This document shows positions 1 through 12,570 of a stretch of DNA of 64,000 nucleotides, piece by piece. Positions within the stretch are counted from its first letter, which is position 1; each line of letters begins with the position of its first letter. Below the pieces are notes generated by a model, which saw nothing but the letters and a program-made list of their open reading frames with translations, had not been told where the DNA came from and did not search any database. The translations under genes and the position numbers were made by a program. Source of the stretch: the human T2T-CHM13v2.0 reference genome, Homo sapiens; assembly GCA_009914755.4 (NCBI GenBank), contig CP068257.2, forward strand, positions 42,784,001 through 42,848,000, written 5' to 3'.

Positions 1-115
1 AAGGCTGACACAGGGCCTTGGTGGCTGCATCTGGCAGGGCTGTCTGCAGAGCGGTGTGGCGTTCCCAGGGCCCCAAGGTGTGGTGTGCGTCCAGCTCAGC
101 TGCTTCCTCTTTCAG

Positions 116-203
116 GGTTGACGCCATGGTGGACCTGCTGGACCTGGACCCACTGAAGAGGTCGGGCTCCATGGAGCAGAGGTTGGCCTCCCTGGAGGAG
201 CAG
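116..203 (+). CDS. TRPM2: TRPM2 coding exon (exon 23 by inference), residues ~1155-1183 (…VDAMVDLLDLDPLKRSGSMEQRLASLEEQ), C-terminal coiled-coil region
   Basis: Acceptor ctctttcag|GG at 115/116 and donor CAG|gtgggt at 203/204. The translation matches the remembered TRPM2 C-terminus. Phase is consistent with downstream exons so that the stop falls at residue 1503. Confidence 0.88.
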
Positions 204-1322
204 GTGGGTCCGAGGTCGGGGCCTCCGTCAGGAGGTGCCACTGCTGGGCCTGGTGGGCGGCTCTGCCATGTGGTGGCACCAAGAAGGAGGGCTCTGAGGA
301 GTGATGGTGAGGAGGAGGCCGGAACGTTGGGGCAGCCATTCCCAGCTGGAAGAGGCACCCTGTGTGTCCTCCAGAAAACCCCGCCCAAGGGTTTCTGTGA
401 CTGAGTTCCTTCTGTGTGCACTGAGGCCTCCACGGCCGGGCTGTGCTCCTCGCTGCTCCCAGGAAACAGAGTGCTTCTCCCCTCCCGGCCTCCAGGGAGG
501 CTGTGGGACTCTGTGCCTGAGCCCTGGAGAGGCCGCAAGACCGAGGTGGGGAGGACTTAGAGACGGCCTCTCAGGGTCTGCTCCCACCACCCCATCAACG
601 TCCACCAGCTGGGCCGGGCTGTGCTGTCCAACAACAGCACCTGCGGCCACGGCAGCCCCTGCGGGCAGTGCTGAGCCCTGTGGATGGCTCAGCCACCCTG
701 TGCTGCTGCTCCCAGCCTTGCTCTGTGGGGCAGGGCTGGGACCTGTGCTGCTGGGGCATCCACCATCCACCAGTCCTGCCCGTTGCACCCAGGGGTCTGC
801 CCAGGCCGCCCTCTACCCCTGTCTTGGCCATGCTGGGACCCCTGACAGGGTGCCCAGCACTGAGCCACACGAGTGAGACATGTCCCACTGTCCCCTGTGG
901 GAGGCGCATCAGCCTCTGGGGAGGCTCCTCCTGGGAGGTGCAGGAACCCTGGAAGCCTCTGGCTTTGGCGGCCTGTGACCTCTCCCTGTGGTGCAGAATT
1001 GCCTGACTGTGCCTTCATGCTGGCTCCATCCTCTGGCTTGTCCAGTGCAGTGACAGTCCCACTGTTGTGTCTCTTGGGGAGGCTGCACCATCAGATGTGT
1101 GACTTGGCAGCCCCCGGGGGGAGCCGGGTGGGCCTGGGGCAGCGTTCTGGCTGGCTTGGTGGCTGCCTGGGGAGGACGTGGTGTCTCACTTTCAAAGGGC
1201 GCAGGGGCTGAGTGACAGGGGTGGGGCTCCTGGCTGGGGGAGTGAAGTCTCGGTGGGCAGTGGGGTGTGTACCATGCGTGTGGGTGGCAGGTGCTCACTG
1301 TGTCTCGGGCCATGCCTTCCAG

Positions 1323-1410
1323 GTGGCCCAGACAGCCCGAGCCCTGCACTGGATCGTGAGGACGCTGCGGGCCAGCGGCTTCAGCTCGGAGGCGGACGTC
1401 CCCACTCTGG
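1323..1410 (+). CDS. TRPM2: TRPM2 coding exon (exon 24), VAQTARALHWIVRTLRASGFSSEADVPTL
   Basis: Acceptor ccttccag|GTGGCC and donor CTGG|gtgagt. The exon is in frame with the previous exon (EEQ|VAQ). Confidence 0.9.
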
Positions 1411-1559
1411 GTGAGTGGGTGGCCAGGCCAGCAGCTGGTCTCCAGCCGCCTGTTTCTTTTGGGTCTGGGGTCAGTTGGGAGGAGAGGCAGCTGGGGGTGG
1501 GGGGCTCTGTCCAGGAGGAAGGCACTGGCTGCAGCCTGTTCCAGGCAGGGCCAGCGCCC

Positions 1560-2300
1560 TCAGGAACTCAGCCCACCCACCGACGCTGGCGCCGAGGCCC
1601 CGCCCAATCCCTGACCTGACCTGGTTCCTGGACGTCCACGGGGAGGCCTGGCCTGCTGTGCCCTGAGCTCCCCACATACCGCACTGCAGAGTGGGGGTGC
1701 GAGGCGGGCGGCTGCAGACTGTGTCTGAACCTGGTCACGTAGGCTGAGTGACGAGAAGCAAAGTCTGTTTTCCTAAATTCGCAGCCGGCTATGAAATGCA
1801 CATCAGTAGCCTTCCTCGGGCTGCTGAGTTTCGCCGGCCCTCAAGGAGCATATTTGCCCTCGTAACCGCACTGCGAGTTCAGCTCATTGCCGAGGGCCCT
1901 GACTGCCGCTGCACAAAGAGGCAGGTGCCGGCGGGGACGCTGCCTGAGCTCCCGTGGCTGTCCTCCCTGGGGGCCCTGCCCACTTCAGAGCTGGTGTTCG
2001 ACCTGCATGGCCATTTGGGCTCGGGGAGGTGGAGGAGCCCAGATGTTTTGGCGGAAGGACCACAGAGGAAGTCCTTGTCCTGCGGGCGGGCACCTGAGCC
2101 CGGGCTCCGCCTTGCGTCACGTCTTCCTGACTGTCCCCAGCCTCCCAGAAGGCCGCGGAGGAGCCGGATGCTGAGCCGGGAGGCAGGAAGAAGACGGAGG
2201 AGCCGGGCGACAGCTACCACGTGAATGCCCGGCACCTCCTCTACCCCAACTGCCCTGTCACGCGCTTCCCCGTGCCCAACGAGAAGGTGCCCTGGGAGGT
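1560..2300. promoter_or_regulatory. intragenic CpG island spanning TRPM2 intron 24 and exon 25 (candidate internal promoter for the TRPM2-AS / TRPM2-TE transcripts)
   Basis: About 34 CpG dinucleotides fall in ~580 bp at ~65% GC (cgacgctggcgccgaggccccgccc … gcgggcgggcacctgagcccgggctccgcc). By my numbering this is the intron 24 position reported to carry an internal CpG-island promoter. Confidence 0.45.
2141..2298 (+). CDS. TRPM2: TRPM2 coding exon (exon 25), ASQKAAEEPDAEPGGRKKTEEPGDSYHVNARHLLYPNCPVTRFPVPNEKVPWE; start of NUDT9-homology region
   Basis: Acceptor ctgtccccag|CC and donor GGGAG|gtgagc. A split Ala codon (G|CC) joins it to exon 24. Confidence 0.9.
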
Positions 2301-3130
2301 GAGCGCCTGCCCAAGCCCAACCAGGCGGAGTGGCCGGGCCCCTGGGGAGGGGAGGGCGGCCCTGTCCCCATCCATCTGGTATTAATCCTGGCTCTCAGCC
2401 ACTGCAGCCACAGGGGGATCTGTGCGTCTGGCAGCCCCTGTTTGACATTTGAGGAAACCGAGGCACAGAGAAGTCAAGTCACAGGGGCCTCACAGCTGGA
2501 GGTGGTGGAGGGGCCTGAGGGGGGCACACTGATCCCCACAGAGCTCGAGGCTTAGGCTCCTCCCATGACCATCCCAGGGCCCAGCCCCCCGGCCCCATTC
2601 CCCCAGGTCATGCCCTGGTCCTAGACCCCACCCACCCCGGTGAATGGCTCTGGCCCCTTTCCAGGTGCCAGGCATGGAAGAGAGACAGAGACACAGAGAC
2701 AGAGAGATGGCTAATGGCCCCTGGGAGACCCCCGCCCTCCTGGTGCAGGGCTTCTCTCTGGCCTATCCAGAACATTCCAGGCTGCTGCTTCCGCTGCCTC
2801 CCCTTGGTCTCTACCACATAGAATCCTCCTTGCCTCTAGGGTCCAGCTTAGCCCCCTGCCCCACTCTGGGAAGACCCCCAAGGCCCCCAAGTCACGGCCA
2901 CCTGCCCTTCAGCTGGCCCCAGGGTGGGGGTCCCTGATCCCAGCCCCCGGCCCTGCCCAGCCCCCAGCTCTGCCTGGCACCCGGATCTGCCCAGCTTGGA
3001 GCTTCTGCCCTGCATGTTGGGATGTTGGGGTCGGGTTCAGACCCAGCTGAGCAGCCCTTTCACCCTGGTGCCTGGCCCAGCTTTGCAGTGGGGGTAAAAA
3101 TCTGAGGGAAAACTCCCTGTTTTGCGACAG

Positions 3131-3207
3131 ACGGAGTTCCTGATCTATGACCCACCCTTTTACACGGCAGAGAGGAAGGACGCGGCCGCCATGGACCCCA
3201 TGGGAGA
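3131..3207 (+). CDS. TRPM2: TRPM2 coding exon (exon 26), TEFLIYDPPFYTAERKDAAAMDPMG(D)
   Basis: Acceptor tttgcgacag|ACGGAG and donor GGAGA|gtgagt. Confidence 0.9.
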
Positions 3208-3480
3208 GTGAGTATGAGCCGCTGTCCGTGCTCCCAGCTGGCCCCAAACCCAGGGCCTCCTAGGGGCTCCCTTGAGAATCCCAGTCAGAGCCCAGCCCGG
3301 GGAGGTCCAGGTGAGCAGGAGGGGCCCGTGGGGGCCTGAAGGGGCCCAGCTCCTACTGTTGTGTACACCCAGCCTGCAGCTACTCGGCTGGGCCCTTGGT
3401 GGGGGGGTGATCCCTCTGCCTGTCTGCTCTGTCCCACCTGCAACACGGGCACACAGACACGCCTTCTCCTCTGCTCCCAG

Positions 3481-3582
3481 CACCCTGGAGCCACTGTCCA
3501 CGATCCAGTACAACGTGGTGGATGGCCTGAGGGACCGCCGGAGCTTCCACGGGCCGTACACAGTGCAGGCCGGGTTGCCCCT
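3481..3582 (+). CDS. TRPM2: TRPM2 coding exon (exon 27), 102 bp = 34 aa TLEPLSTIQYNVVDGLRDRRSFHGPYTVQAGLPL; corresponds to the alternatively skipped TRPM2-deltaC cassette (T1292-L1325)
   Basis: Acceptor ctgctcccag|CACCCTG and donor CCCCT|gtgagt. Entry and exit phase are the same, so skipping keeps the reading frame. Residue numbering back-calculated from the stop gives 1292-1325. Confidence 0.88.
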
Positions 3583-4821
3583 GTGAGTGTGCCCCCTGCG
3601 GGCCCCGCCCCGTCAGCCTTTGGGGTTTGCCTGGGGGGCAGGTTTCCTCTCTGGGCAAAGGAAGCATTTTTCTCATAAAACAAAATCAAAAAAAGCACGT
3701 GAGCCACCGAAAGGAAGAAAACATCAACTCACTGCATCTCCGTAGCCCCCAGGACTGGGCTTGGGGGCGTGGGACTTGCCCCCTGGCCTCGGGCAGGCCC
3801 TGCCCCATGGTCCCTGCCGTAATCTGGGGACGTGGATTTGTCTGTGTACGTGGGGATGGCTGTGCTGGGAGAGGACGATGCCTCAGAGGATGGGCAGGGG
3901 CTGTGCGGCAGGGAGGGGACACGGAGATGGGCACTGGCAGGCTTACCTGGCCGGGAAGGTGGCCTCGCCTGGCATCCTGTTCCCCACAGGATCGGCGCTG
4001 CACCCATCACACAGGTGAGGAAACCCAAAATAAAGGTGTCAAGTGTCCTGTGAGCACCTACAAGTGCCCTGGAAGGAAGGAGCCTGGGAGTCTTGGACCC
4101 TGCCATGAGGAGGAGGTGGAGGAGGGGCCACCAGAACCTGGGACTGGGGGGTTGCCGGGATGTGGGGCATGAACCATGGAGCAGAGGAACCAAAGGGTCT
4201 GAAGGACGGGGGGACTGCGTGGCAGGCCTTTGCAGAATGCTCTGGAACAGGGTGTGGGCTCCTCTGCCTGGAGCCGGAGGTTGAGTAAGGAGGTGGTAGG
4301 AGGCGATGGGGCCTGAGAGCAGAGGTCCTGGCCAGGTGGCTGCAGCTGCAGGCGGCCCGCTCTGGTGTTGGGGGTATGTGGGACGGGCAAGGGCGGGTGT
4401 TTAGGGAGGTGCATCCGGTGGCTATGGGAAGCTGACGAGGAGAGCAGCAGGTGCCTGGCATGGGCAACAAGGCGTGAGCACCTGCTCTCACGGGTGGCTG
4501 CCACACAGGCAGGTGTGTCAGGACTTGGCAGGACGTGGTGTCCATGCGGGCTTTAGTAGTGCAGAAGAGCACTTTCTGTATGCACCATGCTTCTGTTGTG
4601 GACTTGCGAATCATATTTTCATTATATTTCCTTAGGTGTGTTCTCTTTCTATGAAATTATAAAGACACACCTTCCTATATTCATTTGATACATTTTAAAA
4701 TTAGTTTTTTTCACTGAGACTTTAATACAGCTGAAGGCTGATTGTATAAGGTGTGAGGAGGGGCCTGATTTATTTTGTGAATTCACAGAGAAAGTGAGCT
4801 GCCTGACTTCATTTCCTGCTA

Positions 4822-5340
4822 AGATCTGGCCCCTCCCCTGAGGTGTGGCTCCTCCCTGAGGTGTGGCTCCTCCCCTTAGGTGTGGCTCCTCCCCTTAGGT
4901 GTGGCTCCTCCCCTTAGGTCTGGCCCCTCCCCTGACGTGTGGCTCCTCCCTGAGGTGTGGCTCCTCCCCTGAGGTGTGGCTCCTCCCTGAGGTGTGGCTC
5001 CTCCCTGAGGTGTGACTCCTCCCCTTAGGTGTGGCTCCTCCCTGAGGTGTGACTCCTCCCCTTAGGTGTGGCTCCTCCCCTTAGGTCTGGCCCCTCCCCT
5101 GAGGTGTGGCTCCTCCCTGAGGTGTGGCTCCTCCCCTTAGGTCTGGCTCCTCCCTGAGGTGTGGCTCCTCCCCTGAGATGTGGCTCCTCCCTGAGGTGTG
5201 GCTCCTCCCCTTAGGTGTGGCTCTTCCCTGAGGTGTGGCTCCTCCCTGAGGTGTGGCTCCTTCCCTGAGGTCTGGCTCCTCCCTGAGGTGTGGCTCCTCC
5301 CCTTACGTCTGGCTCCTCCCCTGAGGTGTGGCTCCTCTTT
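4822..5340. repeat. minisatellite, ~27 copies of an 18-20 bp unit (c)tgaggtgtggctcctccc(c) in TRPM2 intron 27
   Basis: Direct tandem repetition is visible. Variant units use ttaggt or tgaggt, and ggctcctccc or ggcccctccc. Confidence 0.9.
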
Positions 5341-5683
5341 CAAAGCTCTGTATGCCTCTGTCCCAGTCATCTCATAGCAGATCATGCCACTATTTGCCAC
5401 AGCGTTGCAGTAATCCTGACTCTGGGATAGCATGTCTTTAAACCTGCCTTTTCTAGTCTTGAGCCTTTAGCTTTTTTGTGAGTTTAAAAGCCAGTTTTTC
5501 TAGCTCCATGACAAATCCATTGATAAGAATTGTATTAAATTTATAGAAAAATTTGAGACAATGGACACTTTTATGATAATGAGTCTTCTATGACTGTATT
5601 TGTCAACATTTATTTATGTCTTCTCTTTGTCCTTCCCTAAAGTTTTATAATTTTGTTCATAAAGATCTTACATTTTTAAATAA

Positions 5684-6085
<402 letters not shown>

Positions 6086-6889
6086 TAAAAATATATATAG
6101 GGGCATTATTAATTTTGTTTGCTGACTTTGTATCTAACAACTTTATTAAACCTTCTCGTTAATTATATAAATGTGTTTGTAGATTTTCTATGTAAATAAT
6201 ATATATTCTGCAAATAACAATATTGTCTTTCTCCTTACAATAATCATGCCTCATTCCTTTTTCTTGCCTTATTGTGCTGGGTAAATTCTTCAGTGTAATT
6301 TAGAATATTGGTAATATTAACAGGCTTCCTTGTTTCTGACTTAATGGAAATGCTATCAACATTTCACCATTAAGTATGGTATTTACTGAAGAAATTTATA
6401 AATACCTTTTATTGGATTAGGAATGTTTCTATCTAGTCCCAATTTGTCAGGGGCTGAATGCTACTAAATGGTTTTTCTGCCATTGATTGAGATAGTTATA
6501 AGATGTTTCCCCTTTAGCCAATTAGTGTGTGAATTATTTTTATAGCTCCTTTAGTGTTGAGCCATCCTTGCATTCCTGGAATAAACTCTTCTGTTATATT
6601 TAACGTACTGCTGGAGTTAATTTACTAACATTTTACTTAAGATTTTAAAAAATCTGTGTTCAAAAGTGGAATTTGCCTATAATTTATATTTCTTGTACTG
6701 TCTTACTTTGGTTTTGGTATGAGGTTATACCAGTCTCAATGAATGAGCTGGTCAGCTTTCCTTCTTTTCTCTTCTTTACAAAGAAGAGAATGTTTGTATG
6801 AGGTGGAGATAATTATTTGTTTCTTAAAGTCTGATAATACTTAGCTATATAACTGTTAGCTCTAACATATTTTGAGCAAGTGGATTTCT

Positions 6890-7199
<310 letters not shown>

Positions 7200-7772
7200 G
7201 AGCAAGTGGATTTCTAACTACTTTATCTTCCATAATGATTTTTCGAATCTTATTTCCTGTTTCTTCTTGGGTCCTTTTTAGTAATTGTAAATTTTCTGGA
7301 AAATTATAATTTCATCTAACTTTTGAAATGTATTGTGTCACAGATGTCCATAATATTCTTTTATGATTTAAAAAATAATATAAATATATAGTAATTTCTC
7401 TTTTGAGCATTGATATTTATTATGTATTTCTCTTCTTTTTTTTTTTGATTATTCTTGCCAGTGGCTTAATTTTATAATCTTTTCAAAAAACTAACTTTTG
7501 GATTTGTTGATTATCTTAATTTTTCGATCTCATCCATTTTTGCTTTTATTGTTATCTTTCCTTCCTTTCTACTTCTTATGGATTTGCTCTTGATTTGTGT
7601 GTTAGAGCTCATTTTTATTCAACTTTCCTGGTTTTCTAATAAGGGTACCTAAGACTGTAAATTCTCTCTAAGACCTGGTAGGCTGTAACCCTTAAATTTT
7701 GATGTGTAGGGATTTTATTTTTTACTTTATGAATTTCATTATAATCTTCATTTTACACTTTTGTTTTGCTCT

Positions 7773-7908
7773 TTTTTTTTTTTCTTTTTGTGGAGAATGA
7801 GGTCTTGCTCTATTGCCCAGGCAGATCTTAAGCTCCTGGGCTCAAGCTATCCTCCTGCCTCTGCCTCCTCAAGTGCTGGGATTACAGATGTGAGCCACCA
7901 CGCCCAGC
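7773..7908 (-). mobile_element. partial Alu / free Alu monomer-like fragment
   Basis: A ~135 bp fragment matches the Alu right arm. Confidence 0.7.
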
Positions 7909-7934
7909 ATAGTCTTCATTTGATTGTTTAGTGA

Positions 7935-8244
<310 letters not shown>

Positions 8245-8399
8245 TCATGTGCTTATAGTTTTTAAGCCATTCTTTGTTATCACCTTCTAGTTTTATTGCA
8301 TTTTTGTTGGAGCGGGATTGGCAACACGCTGATTCTTGAAATTGAAATGTCCTCCGTGGCCCGTCTCTACCCTGGGTTGTTGCAGCTGTTTGGCTGTAA

Positions 8400-8472
8400 C
8401 CCTAAACTAACACCTAACCCCTAACCTTAACCCTAACCCTAATCCTAACCCCTAACCTTAACCCTAACCCTC
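8400..8472. repeat. interstitial telomere-like repeat (CCCTAA/TTAGGG)n, ~12 slightly degenerate hexamers
   Basis: aaccctaaactaacacctaacccctaaccttaaccctaaccctaatcctaacccctaaccttaaccctaaccct. Confidence 0.85.
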
Positions 8473-8589
8473 TTGGCCCATTCACAACAGCAGCCTGTGT
8501 GAGCTTGTCTGACTCAAGTCATTCACACACTCAGATGCCCTTTCTGGTATAGGAGTGACTGTCCCCACGTCTGTCTGGGGCCAGCCCCC

Positions 8590-8990
8590 TCACTGTATTA
8601 GTTTTCTATGGCTGTTGTAACTAAGTACCACAAACTGGGGGGCTTAACAGAAATGGATTATCTCACAGTTCTGAGGGCCAGGAGTCTGAAATCAAGGACC
8701 ACACTCCCTCTGAGGGCTTGAGGGGAGACCTCTTCCTGCCTCTCCAGCTCCTGGTGTTCCTGGCAGCCCTTCGTGTTCCTTGGCTTGTGATCTCTGCCTC
8801 CCTAGCCACATGGCCTCTCCCTGCACGTGTCTGTGTCTCTTCTGTTCTTAGGATTATAAATCGTACTGGGTTTAGGGCCAACCCTATTCCAGTGTAGCTT
8901 CATCTTAACTAATTACACCTGCAGACACTATTTCTGAACAAGGCCAGATTCTGAGGTTCTGGGAAGGACATACATTTGTGGGCATTGTTC
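8590..8990. mobile_element. interspersed LTR-like repeat, family unassigned (a second copy of the same family at 22805-23050)
   Basis: It carries the widely recurring motif …cacaaactggggggcttaacagaaatggattatctcacagttctgagggccaggagtctgaaatcaaggaccac… …ggattataaatcgtactgggtttagggccaaccctattccagtgtagcttcatcttaactaattacacctgcag…. I cannot assign it confidently from memory. Confidence 0.4.
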
Positions 8991-10679
8991 ACCCCAGTGC
9001 ATCTTTGTGCTAGACCCATCTCCCATTGCCTTTCAAGGACCTCATCCCGGGAATGTCCTGCTCCTCCTGCACCCGGGTCCTCCTGCCCTCTTGCATTGCT
9101 CCTGCCAACATAAACTAAACAAGCCCCTGCCCGCAAGTCCCTTCCTCTTTCGAATCCACTCCACTTGGGCTTTGCTTGCCCCCTCTTTCTGAGATGGATT
9201 GAGGTCAGGTCAGCAAAGATTCTGCCTTGTTCAACCCATAGGCCAGCTCTCCACCCCTCAACCCACCTGCATTTCTGGAGCTGAGTGGATGAGTGAATGA
9301 ACGTGTGATTGCTGTAGCCAGACTGTCGCTGTTTTTGCGCTTTGGGGTTGTGTGCGTAGGTTTATGGACGGGCCTATGCCTTGATGTCGTGATGGAACTA
9401 CCGGGCACGTGGCAGGGAGATGAGGGGTTGAGAACCATATGGACGAGATCATGACCGGGGGATCAGAGATCAGGGCACAGTGAGAGCAGCTGAAGACTCA
9501 GGTGTGGGGTGGGGGCTGCGGTGGGAGGAGGGCAGCATGGTGGTCCGAAGCCCCTGCTGCCCGGCCCGCTCAGGCTGACTGAGAAGCAAGGGTGCAGAGT
9601 GTTTGTTTCCCTCCTGGCAGAAGCGAGCGTGCATGTGGTAGGAGCTGGCAGGCCCCTAACCTCCCTCCTGGCTCTGCCACTGGCCGACTAGGGATGGGGA
9701 CAGTGAGATGACAGCAGGGCCCTGGGGCCCAGAGCTTCCTGTGGGGGTGGACTCATGCCAGGCAGAGCGTGTGGCCTCCTCTGTGAGCTTCTTGACCAAT
9801 GCACTGCACTCAGCACGAACAGCAGTTACAGGGAGACGAGGCAGCCTTGCTCCCAGCAGCACGACCTCTGCCTTCCTCTCCTTCTGGAGCTCAGTGCAGC
9901 TCTGCCCAGTGCCGAATTTGTCCGTGGCCTTGGTTCTGGGTTCTGCCCGCTCAGTGGCGTGAGTGCAGGAAGGAGAATGGTGGCTGGCAAGGGCGGGGTG
10001 GACGGGAGTGAGAGACGGGCTTGGGGTTGAGGGGAGGCAGCAGTGACCCTCGCAGGGACCCTGACTGAGCCCCGGCCTTCGAGCTGAGGTCCCCAAGCCT
10101 TGCTGCATGTGTTGCCAGCTCTGTAGCTGGGTGGGGCCGGGGCTCTGGTTTCTGAGCAGCTTCTGGGGAGGCTGCCTGGGCCCCACCGTGCAAGGCCCCC
10201 CGGCCACAGAGGAGACCGCAGAGTGAGCTGGGAGGGCTGTCTGAGAGGCCTGGCCAGGTGGGCCCTACACACTGGGCATGTTCTGGTGCGGACTCTGATC
10301 GCTGTGGGCTCGGGCAGGTCTGCGCAGAGGTGTGACGAGAGCTGGGACCCCTGACAGCTGGGCGGGAACAGGGTGGCTGCTGAGGGGTAACAGAGAGGAG
10401 GGGCTGGGTGGAGGCAGGGAGGCCAGCTGGAGGCTGCCCCGCCAGGCAGGGTCAGGGACGGTAGCGCAGGCCTGGCTGGTGGCCGCCGGTGCTAGAGGTG
10501 GCCAGCTGTCCTGGGGCAGCCACGGTCAGCTGTCCTGGAGCAGCCACGCACTGCCGCGCAGACTCAGGAGGATGGAGTCTAGGCTGTGGGGAGAGGAGGC
10601 CATGAGGGGTGGGTCAGAGGCTGCAGCTCTGATGGGGTCTGGAGGTCAGAGTGGAATGGTGGAGGAACGATACCACTGT

Positions 10680-10930
10680 CCCCACTGTGGCATGGATGGT
10701 GGTGGGGACTGTGGTGGGGACGGTGGCGGGGACGCTGGCGGGGACTGTGGCAGAGACGCTGGCAGGGATGGTGACGGAGACTGTGGCGAGGACTGTGGCA
10801 GGGACGCTGGCAGGGATGGTGACGGGGACTGTGGCGGGGACACTGGTGTTGGGAACGCTGGTGGCGGGGATGGTGGCGGGGACGGTGGCAGGGATGCTGT
10901 CGGGGACTATGGCGGGGATGCTGCTGGGGA
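10680..10930. repeat. minisatellite, ~20 copies of 12-bp unit ggggactgtggc (variants gacgctggc/gatggtgac) in TRPM2 intron 27
   Basis: Direct tandem repetition. It produces periodic G/D-rich pseudo-ORFs in all frames. Confidence 0.9.
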
Positions 10931-11601
10931 CCTTCTGTAGACGTGGATGCCGCCCCCACCGCACGATAGCGGCAGTGCATTTCTTCCTTCTGTTTTAGTG
11001 GTACATTCACAGGAAATCGCCCGTTTCTAGAACTTGCTGTTTCATATAGGACCTGGTGGTGTCAGGGAGACCAGCCTGGCCCCATGGGAAGCGTCTGTGG
11101 CTCCTGCTGCCCGTGGTTAGCACACTCTGCTGGGGGTCTGTGTGGCCTATCATCTGTGGCCACACGGACGCAGGGCCTCTGGGTGTCTGGCCTGGTTCCC
11201 ACACTGCCCCTCGGAAGGCTGCCAGGATGGAGGCCATGCTCTCGCGTGCTGGGGCCTTTGGATGCAAAGTGCTGGCCCGAGCAGTCGGCCAGTTCCATGC
11301 TCCGTGGGGAGAAGGTGGCCACTTTAGCCCCTCGCTGGCCTGCAGTGGCCGGACTTCTGCTCCCAGGGAGACCCTTCCCCCACCAGGTGACCCCGAGTTA
11401 ACCCAGAGCCTTGGTCTCACTCCTTGGGGGTCCCAAAGGGATCCTACTCCCTAGGCCAGAGCAGGTCTCTAAAGAAGCCTGCATGCTGTCCCGCTGTGCG
11501 CCGGCTCCTGACGCCCGCTGTCCCCTCTCAGTCCCCCTCCCTGCCCTGTCCTGCTCCCCCATTGGTGGACGGTGGACTGACTCAACCCCTCTGCATCCCA
11601 G

Positions 11602-11688
11602 GAACCCCATGGGCCGCACAGGACTGCGTGGGCGCGGGAGCCTCAGCTGCTTCGGACCCAACCACACGCTGTACCCCATGGTCACGCG
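11602..11688 (+). CDS. TRPM2: TRPM2 coding exon (exon 28), [28 protein letters not shown](R); NUDT9H domain
   Basis: Acceptor catcccag|GAACCCC and donor ACGCG|gtgagt. The intron 27 before it is ~8 kb and repeat-rich. Confidence 0.9.
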
Positions 11689-11959
11689 GTGAGTTCATGT
11701 GTGCCGGGCACCAGCACCTCAGCAAGGCGGTCACCCCACCTTCACAAGGGGCGGCTGCCATTGCCCAGTGCTCAGGGGCCGGGAGGGCGGCTTTGATGCT
11801 TGGCACTTGGTGCCTACTGGGGGGATGCGGGAGGCGTCTGTGGATAAACGTGAATATGCCCGAAATGGGGCAGGAATGTCCATGCTGCCCATCCTGGAGG
11901 AAGATCCCAGGACCCATCCCCTCTCCCGGGGCTGCCTTCACTTTCCTGCCGGTCCCTGC

Positions 11960-12570
11960 CCATTAGAGGGCACCCTCCACGGGGACACAGCCCCACACTC
12001 ACCCCTAAGTCTCACTCCTCCATTCCCATCCACGGGGACACAGCCCCACACTGACCCCTCAGACTCACTCTCCACACCCATCCACGGGGACACAGTCCCA
12101 CACTCACCCCTCAGACCCACTCTCCACACCCATCCACGGGGACAGAGCCCCACACTCACCCCTCAGACTCACTTTCCACACCCATCCACGGGGACACAGC
12201 CCCACACTCACCCCTCAGACTCACTCTCCACACCCATCCATGGGGACACAGCCCCACACTCACCCCTCAGACTCACTCTCCACACCCATCCACGGGGACA
12301 CAGCCCCACACTCACCCCTCAGACTCACTCTCCACTCCTATCCACGGGGACACAGCCCCACACTCTCTCCTCAGACTCACTCCTCCCCACCCATCCACAG
12401 GGACACAGCCCCACACTCACCCCTCAGACTCACTCTCTACTCCCATCCACAGGGACACAGCCCCACACTCACCCCCTCAGACCCTCTCCATACTCATCCA
12501 GAGGGACACAGCCCCACACTCAACCCCCACCACAGGCTCATTCCTCCACACCCATTCACACACAGGGACA
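11960..12570. repeat. minisatellite, ~11 copies of a ~52-57 bp unit ggggacacagccccacactcacccctcagactcactctccacacccatccac in TRPM2 intron 28
   Basis: Direct tandem repetition. It explains the spurious 436-aa and 398-aa ORFs at 11699-13009 and 12240-13436. Confidence 0.9.

Noticed and set aside
4822-5340. Possible CRISPR-like array (regular ~19-bp repeats)
   Set aside because: This is eukaryotic (human) DNA. The array is a direct tandem repeat without unique spacers, which makes it a minisatellite. There are no cas genes and no prokaryotic context anywhere in the window.
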